A stretch of DNA of 64,000 nt, taken from contig CBDAFS010000039.1 of the NCBI GenBank assembly GCA_965195285.1, positions 1 through 64,000 on the forward strand, given 5' to 3'. The translations under genes were made by a program, and so were the position numbers. The notes below the pieces were generated by a model. The model was not told the origin of the DNA. It did not search any database and saw only the letters and a list, made by a program, of their open reading frames with translations. Positions 51,235-60,811 of this stretch are shown piece by piece; the stretch's first letter is position 1, and each line of letters begins with the position of its first letter. This stretch comes from an uncultured Aminicenantes bacterium (GTDB lineage: Bacteria; Acidobacteriota; Aminicenantia; UBA2199).

Positions 51235-51318
51235 TTTGTCGGTTTGTCTTTGATATTTTACCCAATACTGCCCAAAAACTCAATCCGCAATCTTCGTATT
51301 CCCTTGACACCAGATCGG

Positions 51319-51347
51319 TTGACAAAAAAAAGGTTAGATGATAAAAT
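51319..51347 (+). promoter_or_regulatory. sigma70 promoter of rpmE-prfA-prmC
   Basis: TTGACA, 17 nt, TAAAAT. Confidence 0.72.
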
Positions 51348-51367
51348 TCAATATCCTGGAGGATAAA

Positions 51368-51574
51368 ATGAAAAAAGGAATACATCCTGAATATATGGAA
51401 TGCACGGTAACCTGCGCCTGCGGCAATACATTCAAAACCAGGGCAACCACAAAACAGATTGAAATCGAAATCTGCTCTTCCTGTCATCCTTTCTATACCG
51501 GAAAACAGAAATATGTGGATACTGAAGGAAGAATAGAAAAGTTTAAAAAGAAATACGGTTATCAGGAAAAGTAA
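51368..51574 (+). CDS. rpmE: 50S ribosomal protein L31 (Zn-binding type)
   Basis: GGAGG RBS; [25 protein letters not shown]. Confidence 0.97.
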   Translation: MKKGIHPEYMECTVTCACGNTFKTRATTKQIEIEICSSCHPFYTGKQKYVDTEGRIEKFKKKYGYQEK

Positions 51575-51615
51575 TACATGTTTCTTTTTTTCTAACCCTC
51601 TTCATATACTGATTC

Positions 51616-52737
51616 ATGACTATGGAAGCACCGGTCTCCATTTCCCAACAAAAGCTATTTAATCATCTGGAACAACTCCATCTGAAATACAATTCCATTT
51701 CAGACCAGCTCTCCAAAACTGAAATTATCAATAACCTGGTAAAACTGAAGGAACTGTCCAAGCAGCTTTCCCATTTGAAACCCCTTGAAGACAAATACCT
51801 GAAAATGAAAAAATATTCCACTCAGAGAGTGGAAACCGAAATCCTGTTGAAAAACTCGGATGAAGAAGCCATGAAAGAATTGGCCAGAGAAGAGATTGAA
51901 CAACTTAATAATAAAATCAGCCAAATCGAACAGGAAATAATCCAGCTTCTGGTAATCGATCAAACCGAAGAAAACAGAAACGTATTCCTTGAAATCAGGG
52001 CCGGCGTCGGTGGGAATGAGGCATCGCTTTTCGCATCCGACCTATTGAGAATGTACTCCAGAATCGCTGAGCAAAAGGGATGGAAATCCGAAATCATCTC
52101 AACTACCTATTCAGCTATTGGGGGAATAAAAGAAATCATTCTCCATATCAAAGGAAACACGGTAAACCAAAATCTTCAGTTTGAAAGCGGCGTTCATCGT
52201 GTCCAAAGGGTCCCGGTTACCGAAGCCAGCGGCAGGATCCACACCTCCACCGTAACCGTCGCGGTTATGCCAGAAGCTGAAGATGTGGAAATTAAGATCA
52301 ATCCCAAAGATATTAGAACTGATACATTTTCGGCATCAGGACCCGGGGGGCAACATGTAAACAGAACCCAATCTGCCATTCGGATCACCCATAACCCCAC
52401 CGGGATAGTGGTTACCTGCCAGGATGAAAAATCTCAGCACAAGAATAAGGACAAAGCCATGAAGGTACTTAAAGCCAGATTGTTCGAATTTGAAAAAAAG
52501 AAGCAGGAAAGCAGCATTGCCGACTCCAGAAAATCCCAGGTGGGATCCGGAGAAAGATCTGAAAAAATCAGAACCTATAATTTCCCCCAGAATCGGGTTA
52601 CCGATCATCGAATAACCGGAAAAAATTTCAATCTGGAAAGCATTCTTAACGGCCTCATCAATGATTTATTCAAAGAACTACATGAAGTATATTCTAAAAA
52701 AATGATTGAGGAAAAACTTAATCAAATCATCGCTTAG
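51616..52737 (+). CDS. prfA: Peptide chain release factor 1
   Basis: VHRVQRVPVT (PxT), GPGGQHVN, RSEKIRTYNFPQ. Confidence 0.97.
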   Translation: MTMEAPVSISQQKLFNHLEQLHLKYNSISDQLSKTEIINNLVKLKELSKQLSHLKPLEDKYLKMKKYSTQRVETEILLKNSDEEAMKELAREEIEQLNNKISQIEQEIIQLLVIDQTEENRNVFLEIRAGVGGNEASLFASDLLRMYSRIAEQKGWKSEIISTTYSAIGGIKEIILHIKGNTVNQNLQFESGVHRVQRVPVTEASGRIHTSTVTVAVMPEAEDVEIKINPKDIRTDTFSASGPGGQHVNRTQSAIRITHNPTGIVVTCQDEKSQHKNKDKAMKVLKARLFEFEKKKQESSIADSRKSQVGSGERSEKIRTYNFPQNRVTDHRITGKNFNLESILNGLINDLFKELHEVYSKKMIEEKLNQIIA

Positions 52738-53585
52738 TGTACTATTCCGATTTATATTACCAGACCCTGCAAAACCTGCCCCGCTATTCCAGAAATAAGG
52801 ATTCGCAATCGAACCTGGCTCTGGATATTCAGATTTTGATGGAAAAGGCATTCGGACTTTCCAGAGATCAATTCTGGATAATGAAACAGAATCAAATTAC
52901 GGATAGATGTCAGTTGAGAAAATTTTACCGGTATCTGGAAAGACTCAAAAACCACGAGCCACTGGCTTACATTATTCAGGAGAAGCAATTCTATACTGCC
53001 AGTTTTTTTGTGAATAAACATGTTCTGATTCCACGGCCGGAGACAGAATTGATAGTAGAAAAAGCAATCGATACATTGACCTCACCGGCCAGGGTACTGG
53101 ACATTGGAGCCGGCAGCGGGAATATTTCCATTGTCATCGCACTGGAAACCGGCTCAATGGTATTAGCGATTGAAAAGGAAAAAAAAACATTTCAGGTATT
53201 ATGCCACAATATTGGAATTCACCGAGTCAAAGGACAGGTCATTCCCCAACACTCAGATTTATTTCCAAAAAAAAAATCAACATTCGACCTGATTGTATCA
53301 AACCCCCCCTATGTTTCCGAGAATGAGTGGATTGACCTTCCCCCACACATCAGAAACCATGAGCCCAAGCAGGCATTGGTCTCTGGCCCCAGCGGATACG
53401 AAATAATTGAAAAAATCATATCAAGAGCCAAAGATTATTTGAAACCAACAGGAAAACTGCTGATTGAAATCGGATACCAGCAGAAGCCGGTAGTCGAGAA
53501 ATTACTGATAGATGCTGACTTCCATCATATAGATTTTATAAATGATTACGGTCAGATTCCACGGATTGCCTGTGCACAACCATGA
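52737..53585 (+). CDS. prmC: Release factor glutamine methyltransferase
   Basis: EPLAYI, LIPRPETE, LDIGAGSG, SNPPY; follows prfA. Confidence 0.95.
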   Translation: MYYSDLYYQTLQNLPRYSRNKDSQSNLALDIQILMEKAFGLSRDQFWIMKQNQITDRCQLRKFYRYLERLKNHEPLAYIIQEKQFYTASFFVNKHVLIPRPETELIVEKAIDTLTSPARVLDIGAGSGNISIVIALETGSMVLAIEKEKKTFQVLCHNIGIHRVKGQVIPQHSDLFPKKKSTFDLIVSNPPYVSENEWIDLPPHIRNHEPKQALVSGPSGYEIIEKIISRAKDYLKPTGKLLIEIGYQQKPVVEKLLIDADFHHIDFINDYGQIPRIACAQP

Positions 53586-54937
53586 GAACACTTTTATTAA
53601 ATCCTTACATCCATGACTTTACCGCCTTCGATTTATGGTTGAGGCCCATTGGGCTTCTATATATCGCCGCTGTCTTAAAAAAATATACGGATTGCGAAAT
53701 ACACTGGATCGATGTTCTGGACCGATTTCAGGATCTGAAAGGAAGTGAAACCAAATCAAGTGAAGACGGAAGGGGGAAATTCCATCAGGAAATCATTGAA
53801 AAACCAGAGATTTATAAACAAATTCCCCGTCACTATTCCAGATACGGAATGCCGGTTAGCCTTTTTAAAGAAAAACTGGATCAACTGCCGGATCTCGATT
53901 TCATTTTTATAACCAGTCTCATGACCTACTGGTTTGATGGGATTGTTTTTTCCATTGAACATTTGAGAGAAAGATTTCCCAGAGCCAAAATCATTCTGGG
54001 AGGAATATTGCCTACCCTGCTTTCAAGAAAAATCAAAAAAAGCATCCGGGTTGATGATATCATTGAAGGATATGGCGAGGGCCAGGTTCTGGAATACCTG
54101 AAAAATAACCGGGTTCACTGTAATAACCACCCTGATTTCTCAAAAATCGACAACATCCCCTTTCCAGCCTACGAGTACTTATCCAGTCAACGGATTCTCC
54201 CTTTATTGACCTCCAGAGGCTGCCCCTATCAATGTACCTATTGCGCTACCAACCTCTTGAATCCCGGTTTCTTTGAAAGATCCAGCCCCAACATCATTCG
54301 GGAAATAAACACCCTGGTTGAGAAATACAGTCCCGAACATATAGTGATATTTGATGATGCCTTTCTGGTCAATCAACAGAATCGATTCCAGAGAGTATTT
54401 AGTGAAATCAAGAACATATCCGGAATAAAATTTCACACACCCAACGGTCTTCATGCAAGGGAGATCAAACCCGAAACTGCGGATCTTTTATTCAAGTCCG
54501 GATTTAAAACCATCAGACTCAGTTTCGAATCCATCAAAGCTGAAATCCTTAAGAGGAGTTCCAATAAGGTGAACATCGAACAAATGTCCTGGGCAATTCA
54601 AAATTTGGAAAACGCCGGATACAGGCGGAGAGAGATTGAAGTATACTTGCTATTCGGCATAAACGGACAGACCCGGGCAGACCTGCGCGACACCCTGCTA
54701 TTTATGGGAGATCTGGGTGTCATTCCCCGTTTATCCTATTTTTCTCCGGTGCCAGGTACCATCGATTACCTGAATCTCCAACAACAGGGAATTTTATCCC
54801 GGGATCTGGATTTATATGAAACCAATAAAACCTATTTTGTCTATCAGAAATCAGGGTTAACCGAGTCAGATATCCATCATATCAAAGAGTTGACCAATCA
54901 AATCGTCTGTTCAAACCGGGAAACTTCACCCGATTGA
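53582..54937 (+). CDS. B12-binding-domain-like radical SAM protein
   Basis: TSRGCPYQCTYC, FDDAF, HTPNG; N-terminal LLLNP...PIGLLYIA. Confidence 0.88.
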   Translation: MRTLLLNPYIHDFTAFDLWLRPIGLLYIAAVLKKYTDCEIHWIDVLDRFQDLKGSETKSSEDGRGKFHQEIIEKPEIYKQIPRHYSRYGMPVSLFKEKLDQLPDLDFIFITSLMTYWFDGIVFSIEHLRERFPRAKIILGGILPTLLSRKIKKSIRVDDIIEGYGEGQVLEYLKNNRVHCNNHPDFSKIDNIPFPAYEYLSSQRILPLLTSRGCPYQCTYCATNLLNPGFFERSSPNIIREINTLVEKYSPEHIVIFDDAFLVNQQNRFQRVFSEIKNISGIKFHTPNGLHAREIKPETADLLFKSGFKTIRLSFESIKAEILKRSSNKVNIEQMSWAIQNLENAGYRRREIEVYLLFGINGQTRADLRDTLLFMGDLGVIPRLSYFSPVPGTIDYLNLQQQGILSRDLDLYETNKTYFVYQKSGLTESDIHHIKELTNQIVCSNRETSPD

Positions 54938-55602
54938 AATGGTGGGAACTGGCCGGACTGAAGATTCAGTTTGTTCAAATACGGAATTAAAACCTCTTTC
55001 CAGGCCTTGTAACCTTGCCTGGATAGATGCAACCCGTCAACCGTATATTCTGAACTGAGCCCATTGCCCGGGCAGAGTGTGGCATTTAAATCAATAAAAT
55101 CGATTTGATTGTTTTCAGCAAACTCTTTTAAACGGCTATTCAATTCCTCAACCTGGCGGTTGATTTCTCCGGATTTAAATATTCCTGAAGAAACAAAAAG
55201 GGTTGATTGAATCACCGGTCTTATCTGGTTTCGAACTAGCTTCTGTATCAGGAAAATATAATTTTCATATATCTTCTCAACTGCAAATCCATGAGAAAGA
55301 TCATTGATGCCGCCCATTATGAAACACAGAACCGGTTTCAGTCGAATGACAGAATCCAACCGGGTGATGAATCTGGCGGTCGTATCACCATTGATTCCCT
55401 TGTTCTCCACATCATTGCGATCTAACAAGACATTCCAGTTGGTTCGGAAGGTAATGGAATCACCCAGCATGACAATCTTCACCGATTGACCCGGAGACGA
55501 TTCAAGCGATTGTTTGGTTACTGAATTCGTATCAAATGAAACCAGTAAATAGATAGAAACCATTAACAGTAAGATAAAAGCCAATCCAAAGAGTTTGCTC
55601 AT
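54898..55602 (-). CDS. SGNH/GDSL hydrolase
   Basis: GDSIT, NKGINGDT, GGIND, DGLH; signal/TM start set at ATG 55602. Confidence 0.9.
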   Translation of the reverse strand: MSKLFGLAFILLLMVSIYLLVSFDTNSVTKQSLESSPGQSVKIVMLGDSITFRTNWNVLLDRNDVENKGINGDTTARFITRLDSVIRLKPVLCFIMGGINDLSHGFAVEKIYENYIFLIQKLVRNQIRPVIQSTLFVSSGIFKSGEINRQVEELNSRLKEFAENNQIDFIDLNATLCPGNGLSSEYTVDGLHLSRQGYKAWKEVLIPYLNKLNLQSGQFPPFQSGEVSRFEQTI

Positions 55603-55610
55603 GGAGATAT

Positions 55611-56315
55611 CTATTGATGTTTCAATTGCAGGGCCTCTATTTCCGAAACCGAAATGTTGTTCTGCAGGCAATCCATACACTGATAGTATTTATCAAATCC
55701 ATCCCGGTATCTGGGCCTGAATTTATGGAAAGTGTCCTGTCGGCAATGGCTGCAATAGACCCTGTAACCACTCTTTTTCCAGCCAGGATCATCGATAATT
55801 CCTCGCTTGGACACACACCAGTCCCACACCACCCTGCAAGCCCGGCAATCCGAAAGGGCCCGGTGTTGTCCGCCCAGTTCTTCAATTTTTCTTCCGGTTG
55901 CCACATTAAAGGCTTTGGAGAGTGGAAACCTTTTGCTGGAAAAAAAACCTTCCAGTTCTTCATATATATAAATGAATTCCTTCATGCAGCAAATGACATC
56001 CGCTTGGGCCCAGATATCTTCAGGGAAAAATCGGACATCAAATTCAGCATTGTAAATAATGAGTTTGCCAACAGACTGAAAAATGGCCCGTATGTCTCCC
56101 ATTACATCCTCCAACAATGGGGCATCGTTGACCATATCCTCATGAATCCCGTGGATACCAATTACCCGCTCCGGTATTGGTTTCCGGGGATTTATTAGGG
56201 TGTTTATTAAAACCGTATCTGAATGATCAATGATTGCCAGTTCAACAATCTTATCTGCAGGAGGATGTAAACCGGTTGTTTCCGTATCCAGAAAAACAGT
56301 CAATTTCTTGCTCAT
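55611..56315 (-). CDS. DEDDh 3'-5' exonuclease with C-terminal Zn-ribbon-like tail
   Basis: FLDTETTG, IHGI, YNAEFD, HRALSD; CSHC...CMDC. Confidence 0.88.
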   Translation of the reverse strand: MSKKLTVFLDTETTGLHPPADKIVELAIIDHSDTVLINTLINPRKPIPERVIGIHGIHEDMVNDAPLLEDVMGDIRAIFQSVGKLIIYNAEFDVRFFPEDIWAQADVICCMKEFIYIYEELEGFFSSKRFPLSKAFNVATGRKIEELGGQHRALSDCRACRVVWDWCVSKRGIIDDPGWKKSGYRVYCSHCRQDTFHKFRPRYRDGFDKYYQCMDCLQNNISVSEIEALQLKHQ

Positions 56316-56415
56316 CTGCTTTTATCTATAAAAATTTTATCACAAGTCGCAATCATTTAAAATCTTTACCTGTTTTTCAACCCTTATTTCAGAGTACATC
56401 AGTATATAAATTTCA

Positions 56416-58305
56416 TCAGGTGAGCAATACCTGCAAGTTGATATTCTTCATCTCCAGAATTCCTGAACCAATCAGTATCTCCGGATGCGAATGAATTTCC
56501 ATTTTTCCTTTAAATTTGCCTCTTATTTTTTGTCTTGAAATCAGGTATACATGATTGATATTCAAGGTTAACTTGAATCGGGTATAGATTTCCCTCATTT
56601 GAGCACCCAGGCTTCGCAGGTTATTGGATCTGACTTCCAGTAAATATACCTGATAATAAGGAGGCAATGAAAACCACTTTCTGTATTTCAGCTCCCTTAG
56701 AAAAAACGCACTCTCCTGTTCAATCAACTTCAAGGCATAATGAAAATGAAATGTTGAAAAGACATGAATTACACCGGCATGCTTAACCAGTTCCTTCAAT
56801 TCCGAAACCATTGAAAAAATCATTTCACCGGTATTGTATTCATTCATGTTGAAAACCGATTCTGGTCGATGGTAAACCATGGAATCAAAAAGATTTTTAA
56901 AAAATGGATTCACCAGTACGGGAGTGGCAATAACGATCCGGTTTTTCTCAATCCGATCAAGAACAGAGTTAACATCCTTCATGTCCTCGGCAGTAAGCGA
57001 TAAAACACCTTTTTCAGAAATCTTTTTTCTAACGATTTCTTTCATACTGGCAATACTCGGATCCTTTACTTCCATCAATTCATCTGTACATACAGAACAT
57101 TTTCGAAAATGTTCTTGGTTTAAATTACAGCGGGTACAGTTGATATTAAATTCATGTCTTACGGTTAGAATTCCTCCGCAGGATGGACACTTCTGGATTT
57201 TTTTGCATTTTTGACAATACAGAAAAATAGATGATTTTTTTTTATTTATAATAATCAGTATTTTTTCATTCTCCATAAAACGGTTTTTCAACCATTCGAT
57301 CAATGGGTCAGGTATTCCTTTCTCCTTCCGGGGAATAGAACTGACCTCAACCTTAATACCTTTGTCTATCCTTCTATCTTCAATTTTAATCTCCGCCTGT
57401 TTCGAAAAAACCCTTGAGGTAAAGGTTGAAAATCCCTCGATCAACGGAATTTCATATTTATCGGAACGGATCCGGGCGATATGATTGAGGTTAAAATCCG
57501 TGTAATGGCTTTTTTGATGGGTAAACGATCCTGCTCTTTCGGAAATCACACAACCCAGATTTTCAATGGGAAGCATTATTGCTGATAATCCCCCTATCAA
57601 AACACCAGATTCACCATTGGCATATCGATACCATATTTGCTCTCTCCGGGAGATCGGTACCTGAGAATAATACAAATCCGAATCCCGGATGTTCTTTATC
57701 CAAAACTCGGCTGTCCAGCGATCCGGGACCGTGATCAATACAGACTGATCTTTTCTTTTGTAGAAATCGATTATTTCACTATACACATCGAGTCGATCAT
57801 ATGAGATCACAAATCGGTTTTTAACTCTAGATTCCGGTACTGAAACCTGCTGAGGACTCCCGGGTAGTTCGGAGTACTCATGTTTATAGAAAAAGCGAAT
57901 GGGTTTTTCCTTTGAAAGCTGCTCGGCTTCCAATAGACTCAGGTGTTTGAAATTTTTAATTTCATTTTCCTTCTTATAAAACAGGTTCTGAGTTGATTTC
58001 TGTCGGGGAGAAAGTGAATAATCCAGTATCAAGCCTTGCGAAGAAAAATATGAATCCGATACGGTGCTGGCAAAAGTAAAGTAGGTATCGGAAACAGGAT
58101 TCTCATCGATAACTCCAACAACCTTTTTTACTTTCCCAGAATACCCAGATTCATTTTTGACCACCCAACCGGTGATCAGGCGTTTGCCAAAGGGAATCAC
58201 AATCCGCTTCCCGGGTCCGATATCATTGGCGTTTCCTAAAAATTCATAGGTGAATTGTTCAAAAATATTTATGGAGAGCGATACCTGAATCCGCATTACA
58301 CTCAT
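56416..58305 (-). CDS. priA: Primosomal protein N' homologue with degenerate helicase motifs
   Basis: N-terminal FTY...VIPFGKR..TG, 8-Cys cluster, LPPY; context after coaBC-udg; no Walker A or DExH motif. Confidence 0.8.
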   Translation of the reverse strand: MSVMRIQVSLSINIFEQFTYEFLGNANDIGPGKRIVIPFGKRLITGWVVKNESGYSGKVKKVVGVIDENPVSDTYFTFASTVSDSYFSSQGLILDYSLSPRQKSTQNLFYKKENEIKNFKHLSLLEAEQLSKEKPIRFFYKHEYSELPGSPQQVSVPESRVKNRFVISYDRLDVYSEIIDFYKRKDQSVLITVPDRWTAEFWIKNIRDSDLYYSQVPISRREQIWYRYANGESGVLIGGLSAIMLPIENLGCVISERAGSFTHQKSHYTDFNLNHIARIRSDKYEIPLIEGFSTFTSRVFSKQAEIKIEDRRIDKGIKVEVSSIPRKEKGIPDPLIEWLKNRFMENEKILIIINKKKSSIFLYCQKCKKIQKCPSCGGILTVRHEFNINCTRCNLNQEHFRKCSVCTDELMEVKDPSIASMKEIVRKKISEKGVLSLTAEDMKDVNSVLDRIEKNRIVIATPVLVNPFFKNLFDSMVYHRPESVFNMNEYNTGEMIFSMVSELKELVKHAGVIHVFSTFHFHYALKLIEQESAFFLRELKYRKWFSLPPYYQVYLLEVRSNNLRSLGAQMREIYTRFKLTLNINHVYLISRQKIRGKFKGKMEIHSHPEILIGSGILEMKNINLQVLLT

Positions 58306-58988
58306 GAACCGGATGCTTCTTTAACGATAGACAGTACTTTTTGCATATCTTCCCATACATTCCATTTGACTTTTGAAATTTCTGACTGTAGTCTCTGACG
58401 TAGGATATAGGAAGGATGGAAAGTCGGAATAACCGGAACCCCATTGAATTCAAAACACTGTCCCCGAACTCTGGAAATGGAATACTGGCCACCCAGAAGA
58501 TTTTCCAAAGCAACTTTCCCCAAACATACCAATACCTTTGGATTTAATACTTCAATCTGTCGCTTTAAATACGGCAGGCAGGCATCCACTTCATCTTTCA
58601 TGGGATTTCTATTGTTGGGAGGCCTGCACTTAAGGATGTTTCCGATAAATACCTGCCCCCGGTCATATCCCATTTTTTTCAACACTTTATCCAACAACTG
58701 CCCGGCCTTGCCAATAAAGGGCCGTCCAAATCTGTCCTCTGTCTCCCCCGGACCTTCTCCGATAAAAAAAATATCTGGCGACAAAGAGCCTTCTCCGGGG
58801 ACATAATGAAGTTTGGTTTTATGTAAAGGACACTTGGTGCACTGTTTGATTTCATTATGGATTTCATTTATAAGCAGGCCCGGATCATCGGCCTGAACTT
58901 CTAAAAATTCAACTCCGATTTCTCGATAGAATTCCAAAACTTCTTTCAATTGGTCCTGTACATTCGGATGAATATGTAATTCTTTCAC
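58302..58988 (-). CDS. Uracil-DNA glycosylase family 4
   Basis: CTKCPL, GEGPG, PFIGKAG, KCRPPNNR, HPS. Confidence 0.94.
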   Translation of the reverse strand: MKELHIHPNVQDQLKEVLEFYREIGVEFLEVQADDPGLLINEIHNEIKQCTKCPLHKTKLHYVPGEGSLSPDIFFIGEGPGETEDRFGRPFIGKAGQLLDKVLKKMGYDRGQVFIGNILKCRPPNNRNPMKDEVDACLPYLKRQIEVLNPKVLVCLGKVALENLLGGQYSISRVRGQCFEFNGVPVIPTFHPSYILRQRLQSEISKVKWNVWEDMQKVLSIVKEASGS

Positions 58989-59644
58989 TGCTCAACCCTG
59001 ATTTCTTTTGCACCGATTTCAAATATTTTATCCCAGAGCTTTACTGCAATCTCCGTCTTGCTCATCATCGGGAGTTTTTCAATGTTCACACTGGTCATGA
59101 AATAGACCTGATTGGAATCCACATTAAAAGCCGGGTTTTTTTCAGATATCTGGTTTAGAACCAGGAGGTCCAGCTTCTTCCGCTTAAATTTACTTCTTGC
59201 TTGGGAAAATATGTTTTCGGTCTCCGCAGCAAATCCGATCAATATTTGATTTTTTTGCTTTCGCTTTCCCGCCTCAAGAAGTATATCAGGATTTTTTTTT
59301 AGTTCCAATAGCATTTTTTCAGTCTTCTTCTTTATTTTCCGGGAACGATATCGGAGGGGCCGATAGTCACTGACTGCCGCAGCCATGATGATCACCTCAG
59401 CGTCTTTTAAATTTTCAAGTACTTTGGATCTCATTTCCGAGGTAGTCTCTATCTGAATACACCTGCACCCTTCGGGCAGCAAATGAGTAGGTCCGGTGAT
59501 AAAAACGATTTCTTCGATATTTCTCTTGATGGCTTCACTGGCGATATAAAATCCTGTTTTCCCCGATGATCGATTTGAAATATATCGAATGGGATCAATC
59601 GGCTCAATCGTTGGCCCGGAAGTTATCAGTACTTTTTTAAACAC
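58985..59644 (-). CDS. coaB: Phosphopantothenate-cysteine ligase (stand-alone)
   Basis: ITSGPT.EPIDPIRYISNRSSGK, AAAVSDY, GFAAET. Confidence 0.92.
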   Translation of the reverse strand: MFKKVLITSGPTIEPIDPIRYISNRSSGKTGFYIASEAIKRNIEEIVFITGPTHLLPEGCRCIQIETTSEMRSKVLENLKDAEVIIMAAAVSDYRPLRYRSRKIKKKTEKMLLELKKNPDILLEAGKRKQKNQILIGFAAETENIFSQARSKFKRKKLDLLVLNQISEKNPAFNVDSNQVYFMTSVNIEKLPMMSKTEIAVKLWDKIFEIGAKEIRVEQ

Positions 59645-60167
59645 TCAGGATTCCCAGACAGAATTCGTATATTTTTTCAACTTGAGCCAGCCGGCCTCTT
59701 CCCTCTTTTGCGCAGGCCAGTGAACCCTCATCCGGGTCAATAATCTCAATGCCCCTTGAGCGGATTTTGGCCAGGTTATCTTGGACAGCAATATTATCAT
59801 ACATGAGAGTATTCATGGCAGGGGCAATGACGACTTTTTTATAAAATGCCAGAAAGGTAGTTGACAGCAAATCATCGGCAATACCATTGGCCATCTTCCC
59901 AATAATATTGGCAGTCGCCGGTGCCACCAGGAGCAATTCATGCTCAGTGCATATATTGATATGAAGCAAAGGATCCTGGCGTTCTCTGAATTGTTCATCA
60001 TAGACTTTCCCAGGGGTAAAGGTTTCAAAAGTAAGAGGTGAAATGAATTTTTTTGCGTTTTCTGTAAGGATCACACTGACCGAATGATCATTTTTTTGAA
60101 ATAACCTTAAAATTTCTACTGATTTATATGCACTTATTGATCCGGTTACCCCGAGAATGATATTCAT
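59637..60167 (-). CDS. coaC: Phosphopantothenoylcysteine decarboxylase (stand-alone)
   Basis: GVTGSISAYK, APATAN, PAMN, LAC...G.GRL. Confidence 0.92.
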   Translation of the reverse strand: MNIILGVTGSISAYKSVEILRLFQKNDHSVSVILTENAKKFISPLTFETFTPGKVYDEQFRERQDPLLHINICTEHELLLVAPATANIIGKMANGIADDLLSTTFLAFYKKVVIAPAMNTLMYDNIAVQDNLAKIRSRGIEIIDPDEGSLACAKEGRGRLAQVEKIYEFCLGILSV

Positions 60168-60775
60168 TCTTGCCCCCTTATCATGTTTAAAACAAGGTCT
60201 TTTTTAAAATCCGATCTCTGACAAAAAGCCATATAAATACAGTTCAAATCAGAAAAAGCCCTGTCTTTATCATCATTTACAACCAAAAAATCGTACATGA
60301 CATACTGATCCAGCTCATCCTTGGCACGGGCCAACCGCTTTTGATTCTCTGAACTAAGGCCTTCACCATGTCTATTGATTAATCTCTTTTCCAGTTCATC
60401 CATTGAAGGAGGTACCACAAATACATACCAGGCCCCGGGAAATCGTGATTTCAAATTCCTGGCTCCCTGAATATCGATATCCAGAATCAGAATTTCATCC
60501 CGTTTTGATTTTGCCTGAATTTCCCTCCAGCTGGTACCGTAATAATTCATATGAACCTCTGCCCACTCCAGAAACTGATCCCCGTCTATCATTTTTATGA
60601 AATCTTCCTTTGTTACAAAATAATAATCCTTCCCCTCCTTTTCACCTTTTCTTTTGGATCTGGTGGTATGAGAAACCGAAAATAATAAACCTGGATGCTG
60701 TTTCAACAACATCCGAATTAAAGTTGATTTCCCGGAACCGGAAGGTCCGGAAATCACCATCAAATTATTATTCAT
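60164..60775 (-). CDS. gmk: Guanylate kinase
   Basis: SGPSGSGKST, SHTTR, YYGT, DIDIQGA; ATG 60775 has an RBS (alternative GTG at 60811). Confidence 0.96.
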   Translation of the reverse strand: MNNNLMVISGPSGSGKSTLIRMLLKQHPGLLFSVSHTTRSKRKGEKEGKDYYFVTKEDFIKMIDGDQFLEWAEVHMNYYGTSWREIQAKSKRDEILILDIDIQGARNLKSRFPGAWYVFVVPPSMDELEKRLINRHGEGLSSENQKRLARAKDELDQYVMYDFLVVNDDKDRAFSDLNCIYMAFCQRSDFKKDLVLNMIRGQE

Positions 60776-60811
60776 TTCCTCACCCGTTTTTAACCTCACC
60801 GTATCAACCAC

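Noticed and set aside
53267-53276. A10 run in prmC and other poly-A/T runs as phase-variation sites
   Set aside because: Long A/T runs are common in this AT-rich sequence and fall in Lys/Phe codons of housekeeping genes
54898-54937. 40-bp convergent overlap of the radical SAM and SGNH genes
   Set aside because: Short tail-to-tail overlaps are common; no sign of functional coupling
55614-56198. 194-aa plus-strand ORF
   Set aside because: Antisense to the DEDDh exonuclease, with no motifs
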